In this document: positions 54,801 through 64,000 of the stretch, piece after piece
Position numbering within the stretch: position 1 is the stretch's first letter
Layout of the letters: the number at the start of each line of letters is the position of its first letter
NCBI GenBank assembly: GCA_964016885.1
Contig: OZ024743.1
Span: forward strand, 252,526,001 to 252,590,000
Origin: Eledone cirrhosa
Taxonomy: Eukaryota
Direction of reading: 5' to 3'
Length of the DNA: 64,000 bases
Program-made: the position numbers and the translations under genes
The notes under the pieces: model-generated
Seen by the model: only the letters and a program-made list of their open reading frames with translations
The model's database searches: none
Told to the model about the DNA's origin: nothing

Positions 54801-57800
54801 TACAACAATATTGAACAGTATAGTATTACAACTATATTGAACATTATAATATTACAACAATATTGAACATTATAACATTACAACAATATTGAACAGTATA
54901 ATATTACAACAATATTGAACATTATAAGATTACAAGAATATTGAACAATATAATATTACAACAATATTGAACATTATAATATTACAACAATATTGAACAG
55001 TATAGTATTACAACAATTTTGAACATTATAATATTACAACAATATTGAACATTATAATATTACAACACTATTGAACATTATAATATTACAACAATATTGA
55101 ACAGTATAATATTACCATTATATTGAACATTATAATATTACAACAATATTGAACAGTATGATATTACAACAATATTGAACAGTATAATATTACAACTATA
55201 TTGAACATTATAATATTACAACAATATTGAACAGTATAATATAAACAACAATATTGAACAGTATAATATTACAACAATATTGAACAGTATAATATTACCA
55301 TTATATTGAACAGTATAATATCACAACAATATTGAACAGTATAATATTACAACTATATTGAACATTATAATATTACAACAATATTGAACATTATAATATT
55401 ACAACAATATTGAACATTATAATATTACAAAAATTTTGAACATTATAATATTACAACAATATTGAACATTATAATATTACAACAATATTGAACATTATAA
55501 TATTACAACAATATTGAACAGTATAGTATTACAACTATATTGAACAGTATAATATTACAACTATATTGAACATTATAATATTACAACAATATTGAACAGT
55601 ATAAAATTACAACAATAGTGAACAGTATAATATTACAACAATATTGAACAGTATAATATTACAACAATATTGAACAGTATAATATTACCATTATATTGAA
55701 CAGTATAATATTACAAAAATATTGAACATTATAATATTACAACAATATTGAACAGTATAATATTACAACAATATTGAACAGTATAATATTACAACAATAT
55801 TGAACATCATAATATTACAACAATATTGAACATTATAATATTACAACAATATTGAACAGTATAGTATTACAACTATATTGAACAGTGTAATATTACAACT
55901 ATATTGAACATTATAATATTACAACAATATTGAACATTATAATATTACAACAATATTGAACAGTATAATATTACAACTATATTGAACATTATAATATTAC
56001 AACAATATTGAACATTATAATATTACAACTATATTGAACAGTATAATATTACAACTATATTGAACATTATAATATTACAACAATATTGAACAGTATAAAA
56101 TTACAACAATATTGAACAGTATAATATTACAACAATATTGAACATTATAATATTACAACAATATTGAACATTATAATATTACAACAATATTGAACAGTAT
56201 AGTATTACAACTATATTGAACATTATAATATTACAACAATATTGAACATTATAACATTACAACAATATTGAACAGTATAATATTACAACAATATTGAACA
56301 TTATAATATTACAACAATATTGAACAATATAATATTACAACAATATTGAACATTATAATATTACAACAATATTGAACAGTATAGTATTACAACAATTTTG
56401 AACATTATAATATTACAACAATATTGAACAGTATAATATTACAACAATATTGAACAGTATAATATTACAACAATATTGAAAATTATAATATTACAACAAT
56501 ATTGAACATTATAATATTACAACAATATTGAACAGTATAATATTACCATTATATTGAACATTATAATATTACAACAATATTGAACAGTATGATATTACAA
56601 CAATATTGAACAGTATAATATTACAACTATATTGAACATTATAATATTACAACAATATTGAACAGTATAATATAAACAACAATATTGAACAGTATAATAT
56701 TACAACAATATTGAACAGTATAATATTACCATTATATTGAACAGTATAATATCACAACAATATTGAACAGTATAATATTACAACTATATTGAACATTATA
56801 ATATTACAACAATATTGAACATTATAATATTACAACAATATTGAACATTATAATATTACAAAAATATTGAACATTATAATATTACAACAATATTTAACAT
56901 TATAATATTACAACAATATTGAACAGTATAATATTACCATTATATTGAACATTATAATATTACAACTATATTGAACAGTATAATATTACAACTATATTGA
57001 ACATTATAATATTACAACAATATTGAACAGTATAATATTAGAACAATATTGAACTGTATAATATTACAACAACATTGAACAGTATAATATTACAACTATA
57101 TTGAACATTATAATATTACAACAATATTGAACATTATAATATTACAACAATATTGAACATTATAATATTACAACAATATTGAACATTATAATATTACAAC
57201 AATATTGAACATTATAATATTACAACAATATTGAAAAGTATAGTATTACAACAATATTGAACATTATAATATTACAGCAATATCGAACAGTATAATATTA
57301 CAACTATATTGAACAGTATAATATTACAACAATATTGAACAGTATAATATTACAAAAATATTGAACATTATAATATTACAACAATATTGAACAGTATAAT
57401 ATTACAACAATATTGAACACTATAATATTACAACAATATTGAACATTATAATATTACAACAATATTGAACATTATAATATTACAACAATATTGAACAGTA
57501 TAATATTACAACAATATTGAACATCATAATATTACAACTATATTGAACAGTATAATATTACAACAATATTGAACAGTATAATATTACAACTATATTGAAC
57601 ATTATAATATTACAACAATATTGAACAGTATAAAATTACAACAATATTGAACAGTATAATATTACAACAATATTGAACATTATAATATTACAACAATATT
57701 GAACAGTATAATATTGCAATTATATTACAACAATATTGAACAGTATAATATTACAACAATATTGAACATTATAATATTACAAGAATATTGAACATTATAA

Positions 57801-60800
57801 TATTACAACAATATTGAACAGTATAGTATTACAACTATATTGAACATTATAATATTACAACAATATTGAACATTATAACATTACAACAATATTGAACAGT
57901 ATAATATTACAACAATATTGAACATTATAATATTACAACAATATTGAACAATATAATATTACAACAATATTGAACATTATAATATTACAACAATATTGAA
58001 CAGCATAGTATTACAACAATATTGAACAGTATAATATTACAACAATATTGAACAGTATAATATTACAACAATATTGAACATTATAATATTACAACAATAT
58101 TGAACATTATAATATTACAACAATATTGAACAGTATAATATTACCATTATATTGAACATTATAATATTACAACAATATTGAACAGTATGATATTACAACA
58201 ATATTGAACAGTATAATATTACAACTATATTGAACATTATAATATTACAACAATATTGAACAGTATAATATAAACAACAATATTGAACAGTATAATATTA
58301 CAACAATATTGAACAGTATAATATTACCATTATATTGAACAGTATAATATTACAACAATATTGAACAGTATAATATTAGAACAATATTGAACTGTATAAT
58401 CTTACAACAATATTGAACAGTATAATATTACAACTATATTGAACATTATAATATTACAACAATATTGAACATTATAATATTACAACAATATTGAACAGTA
58501 TAATATTAGAACAATATTGAACTGTATAATCTTACAACAATATTGAACAGTATAATATTACAACTATATTGAACATTATAATATTACAACAATATTGAAC
58601 ATTATAATATTACAACAATATTGAACATTATAATATTACAACAATATTGAACATTATAATATTACAACAATATTGAACATTATAATATTACAACAATATT
58701 GAACAGTATAGTATTACAACAATATTGAACATTATAATATTACAGCAATGTTGAACAGTATAATATTACAACTATATTGAACAGTATAATATTACAACAA
58801 TATTGAACAGTATAATATTACCATTATATTGAACAGTATAATATTACAACAATATTGAACAGTATAATATTACAACTATATTGAACGGTATAATATTACA
58901 ACTATATTGAACATCATAATATTACAAGAATATTGAACAGTATAATATTACAACAATATTGAACAGTATAATATTACAACAATATTGAACAGTATAATAT
59001 TACCATTATATTGAACAGTATAATATTACAACAATATTGAACCGTATAATATTACAACAATATTGAACGGTATAATATTACAACTATATTGAACGGTATA
59101 ATATTACAACTATATTGAACATTATAATATTAAAAGAATATTGAACAGTATAATATTACAACTATATTGAACAATATAATATTACAACAATATTGAACAT
59201 TATAATATTACAACAATATTGAACAGTATAGTATTACAACAATATTGAACATTATAATATTACAACACTATTGAACATTATAATATTACAACAATATTGA
59301 ACAGTATAGTATTACAACAATTTTGAACATTATAATATTACAACAATATTGAACAGTATAATATTAGAACAATATTGAACTGTATAATCTTACAACAATA
59401 TTGAACAGTATAATATTACAACTATATTGAACATTATAATATTACAACAATATTGAACATTATAATATTACAACAATATTGAACATTATAATATTACAAC
59501 AATATTGAACATTATAATATTACAACAATATTGAACATTATAATATTACAACAATATTGAACAGTATAGTATTACAACAATATTGAACATTATAATATTA
59601 CAGCAATGTTGAACAGTATAATATTACAACTATATTGAACAGTATAATATTACAACAATATTGAACAGTATAATATTACCATTATATTGAACAGTATAAT
59701 ATTACAACAATATTGAACAGTATAATATTACAACTATATTGAACGGTATAATATTACAACTATATTGAACATCATAATATTACAAGAATATTGAACAGTA
59801 TAATATTACAACAATATTGAACAGTATAATATTACAACAATATTGAACAGTATAATATTACCATTATATTGAACAGTATAATATTACAACAATATTGAAC
59901 CGTATAATATTACAACAATATTGAACGGTATAATATTACAACTATATTGAACGGTATAATATTACAACTATATTGAACATTATAATATTACAACAATATT
60001 GAACATTATAATATTACAACAATATTGAACAGTATAGTATTACAACAATATTGAACATTATAATATTACAACAATATTGAACATTATAATATTACAACAA
60101 TATTGAACAGTATAGTATTACAACAATTTTGAACATTATAATATTACAACAATATTGAACATTATAATATTACAACACTATTGAACATTATAATATTACA
60201 ACAATATTGAACAGTATAATATTACCATTATATTGAACATTATAATATTACAACAATATTGAACAGTATGATATTACAACAATATTGAACAGTATAATAT
60301 TACAAGAATATTGAACAGTATAATATTACAACAATATTGAACATTATAATATTACAACAATATTGAACAGTATAATAATACAACAATATTGAACAGTATA
60401 ATATTACAACAATATTGAACAGTATAATATTACAACAATATTGAACATCATAATATTACAACAATATTGAACATTATAATATTACAACAATATTGAACAT
60501 TATAATATTACAACAATATTGAACAGTATAGTATTACAACTATATTGAACAGTATAATATTACAACTATATTGAACATTATAATATTACAACAATATTGA
60601 ACATTATAATATTACAACAATATTGAACAGTATAATATTACAACTATATTGAACATTATAATATTACAACAATATTGAACATTATAATATTACAACTATA
60701 TTTAACAGTATAATATTACAACTACATTGAACATTATAATATTACAACAATATTGAACATTATAATATTACAACTATATTGAACAGTATAATATTACAAC

Positions 60801-63800
60801 AATATTGAACAGTATAATATTACAACTATATTGAACATTATAATATTACAACAATATTGAACAGTATAATATTACAACAATATTGACCAGTATAATATTA
60901 CAACAATATTGAACATTATAATATTACAACAATATTGAACAGTATAATATTGCAATTATATTACAACAATATTGAACAGTATAATATTACAACAATATTG
61001 AACATTATAATATTACAACAATATTGAACAGTATAATATTGCAATTATATTACAACAATATTGAACAGTATAATATTACAACAATATTGAACATTATAAT
61101 ATTACAACAATATTGAACATCAAAATATTACAACAATATTGAACATTATAATATTACAACAATATTGAACAGTATAATATTACAACAATATTGAACATTA
61201 TAATATTACAACAATATTGAACATTATAATATTACAACAATATTGAACAGTATAATATTACAACAATATTGAACATCATAATATTACAACTATATTGAAC
61301 ATTATAATATTACAACTATATTGAACAGTATAATATTACAACAATATTGAACATCATAATATTACAACTATATTGAACATTATAATATTACAATTATATT
61401 GAACAGTATAATATTACAACAATATTGAACAGTATAATATTACAACAATATTGAACATTATAATATTACAACAATATTGAACATTATAATATTACAACAA
61501 TATTGAACAGTATAATATTACCATTATATTGAACATTATAATATTACAACAATATTGAACAGTATGATATTACAACAATATTGAACAGTATAATATTACA
61601 ACTATATTGAACATTATAATATTACAACAATATTGAACAGTATAATATAAACAACAATATTGAACAGTATAATATTACAACAATATTGAACAGTATAATA
61701 TTACCATTATATTGAACAGTATAATATTACAACAATATTGAACAGTATAATATTACAACTATATTGAACATTATAATATTACAACAATATTGAACAGTAT
61801 AATATTACAACTATATTGAACAGTATAATATTACAACTATATTGAACATTATAATATTACAACAATATTGAACATTATAATATTACAACAATATTGAACA
61901 TTATAATATTACAAAAATATTGAACATTATAATATTACAACAATATTGAACATTATATTATTACAACAATATTGAACGGTATAATATTACCATTATATTG
62001 AACATTATAATATTACAACTATATTGAACAGTATAATATTACAACTATATTGAACATTATAATATTACAACAATATTGAACAGTATAATATTAGAACAAT
62101 ATTGAACTGTATAATCTTACAACAATATTGAACAGTATAATATTACAACTATATTGAACATTATAATATTACAACAATATTGAACATTATAATATTACAA
62201 CAATATTGAACATTATAATATTACAACAATATTGAACATTATAATATTACAACAATATTGAACATTATAATATTACAACAATATTGAACAGTATAGTATT
62301 ACAACAATATTGAACATTATAATATTACAGCAATATTGAACAGTATAATATTACAACTATATTGAACAGTATAATATTACAACAATATTGAACAGTATAA
62401 TATTACCATTATATTGAACAGTATAATATTACAACAATATTGAACAGTATAATATTACAACTATATTGAACGGTATAATATTACAACTATATTGAACATT
62501 ATAATATTACAAGAATATTGAACAGTATAATATTACAACAATATTGAACAGTATAATATTACAACAATATTGAACAGTATAATATTACGATTATATTGAA
62601 CAGTATAATATTACAACAATATTGAACCGTATAATATTACAACAATATTGAACGGTATAATATTACAACTATATTGAACATTATAATATTACAAGAATAT
62701 TGAACAGTATAATATTACAACAATATTGAACATTATAATATTACAACAATATTGAACAGTATAATATTACAACTATATTGAACATTATAATATCACAACA
62801 ATATTGAACATCATAATATTACAACAATATTGAACATTATAATATTACAACAATATTGAACATTATAATATTACAACAATATTGAACAGTATAGTATTAC
62901 AACAATATTGAACATTATAATATTACAACAATATTGAACAGTATAATATTACAAGAATATTGAACAGTATAATATTACAACAATATTGAACATTATAATA
63001 TTACAACAATATTGAACAGTATAATATTACAACAATATTGAACAGTATAATATTACAACAATATTGAACAGTATAATATTACAACAATATTGAACATCAT
63101 AATATTACAACAATATTGAACATTATAATATTACAACAATATTGAACATTATAATATTACAACAATATTGAACAGTATAGTATTACAACTATATTGAACA
63201 GTATTATATTACAACTATATTGAATATTATAATATTACAACAATATTGAACATTATAATATTACAACAATATTGAACAGTATAATATTACAACTATATTG
63301 AACATTATAATATTACAACAATATTGAACATTATAATATTACAACTATATTGAACAGTATAATATTACAACTATATTGAACATTATAATATTACAACAAT
63401 ATTGAACATTATAATATTACAACTATATTGAACAGTATAATATTACAACAATATTGCACAGTATAATATTACAACTATATTGAACATTATAATATTACAA
63501 CAATATTGAACAGTATAATATTACAACAATATTGAACAGTATAATATTACAACAATATTGAACATTATAATATTACAACAATATTGAACAGTATAATATT
63601 GCAATTATATTACAACAATATTGAACAGTATAATATTACAACAATATTGAACATTATAATATTACAACAATATTGAACATCATAATATTACAACAATATT
63701 GAACATTATAATATTACAACAATATTGAACAGTATAATATTGCAATTATATTACAACAATATTGAACATCATAATATTACAACATTATTGAACATTATAA

Positions 63801-64000
63801 TATTACAACAATATTGAACAGTATAATATTACAACAATATTGAACATTATAATATTACAACAATATTGAACATTATAATATTACAACAATATTGAACAGT
63901 ATAATATTACAACAATATTGAACATCATAATATTACAACTATATTGAACATTATAATATTACAACTATATTGAACAGTATAATATTACAACAATATTGAA
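36862..64000. repeat. 26-bp AT-rich satellite array, ~1,040 monomers, running off the window
   Basis: Consensus ACAAC(A/T)ATATTGAACA(G/T)TATAATATT repeated head to tail, with no insertion or inversion seen. Confidence 0.98.

Noticed and set aside
36862-64000. CRISPR array or telomeric repeat
   Set aside because: Monomers are contiguous with no unique spacers and no cas genes. The unit is AT-rich and lacks G-tracts.

Overview
AT-rich, repeat-dominated eukaryotic DNA with no supportable host gene. The repeat landscape looks molluscan, probably octopus-like (inference). Bases 1-36.8 kb are a mosaic of decayed RTE-clade LINEs (one near full length, with an internal PHD-type finger), two tRNA-derived SINE families, two internally deleted Helitrons with both termini, a piggyBac-type MITE, a CR1-group LINE tail and many (TA)n/(CA)n/(GAT)n microsatellites. 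Bases ~36,860-64,000 are one 26-bp satellite array (~1,040 monomers) with kilobase-scale higher-order duplications. The main unexpected signal is a dense cluster of short, ORF-less elements sitting in (TA)n tracts. They have inverted or partial-tandem terminal repeats and carry minimal type-I hammerhead ribozymes from at least four unrelated sequence families (~9.7-17.4 kb, with remnants at ~2.06 and ~28.2 kb). They resemble non-autonomous Penelope/retrozyme-like elements. Some are fold-back palindromes centred on what appears to be the ribozyme stem II. All alignments and folds were done by eye, so coordinates of decayed elements are approximate.
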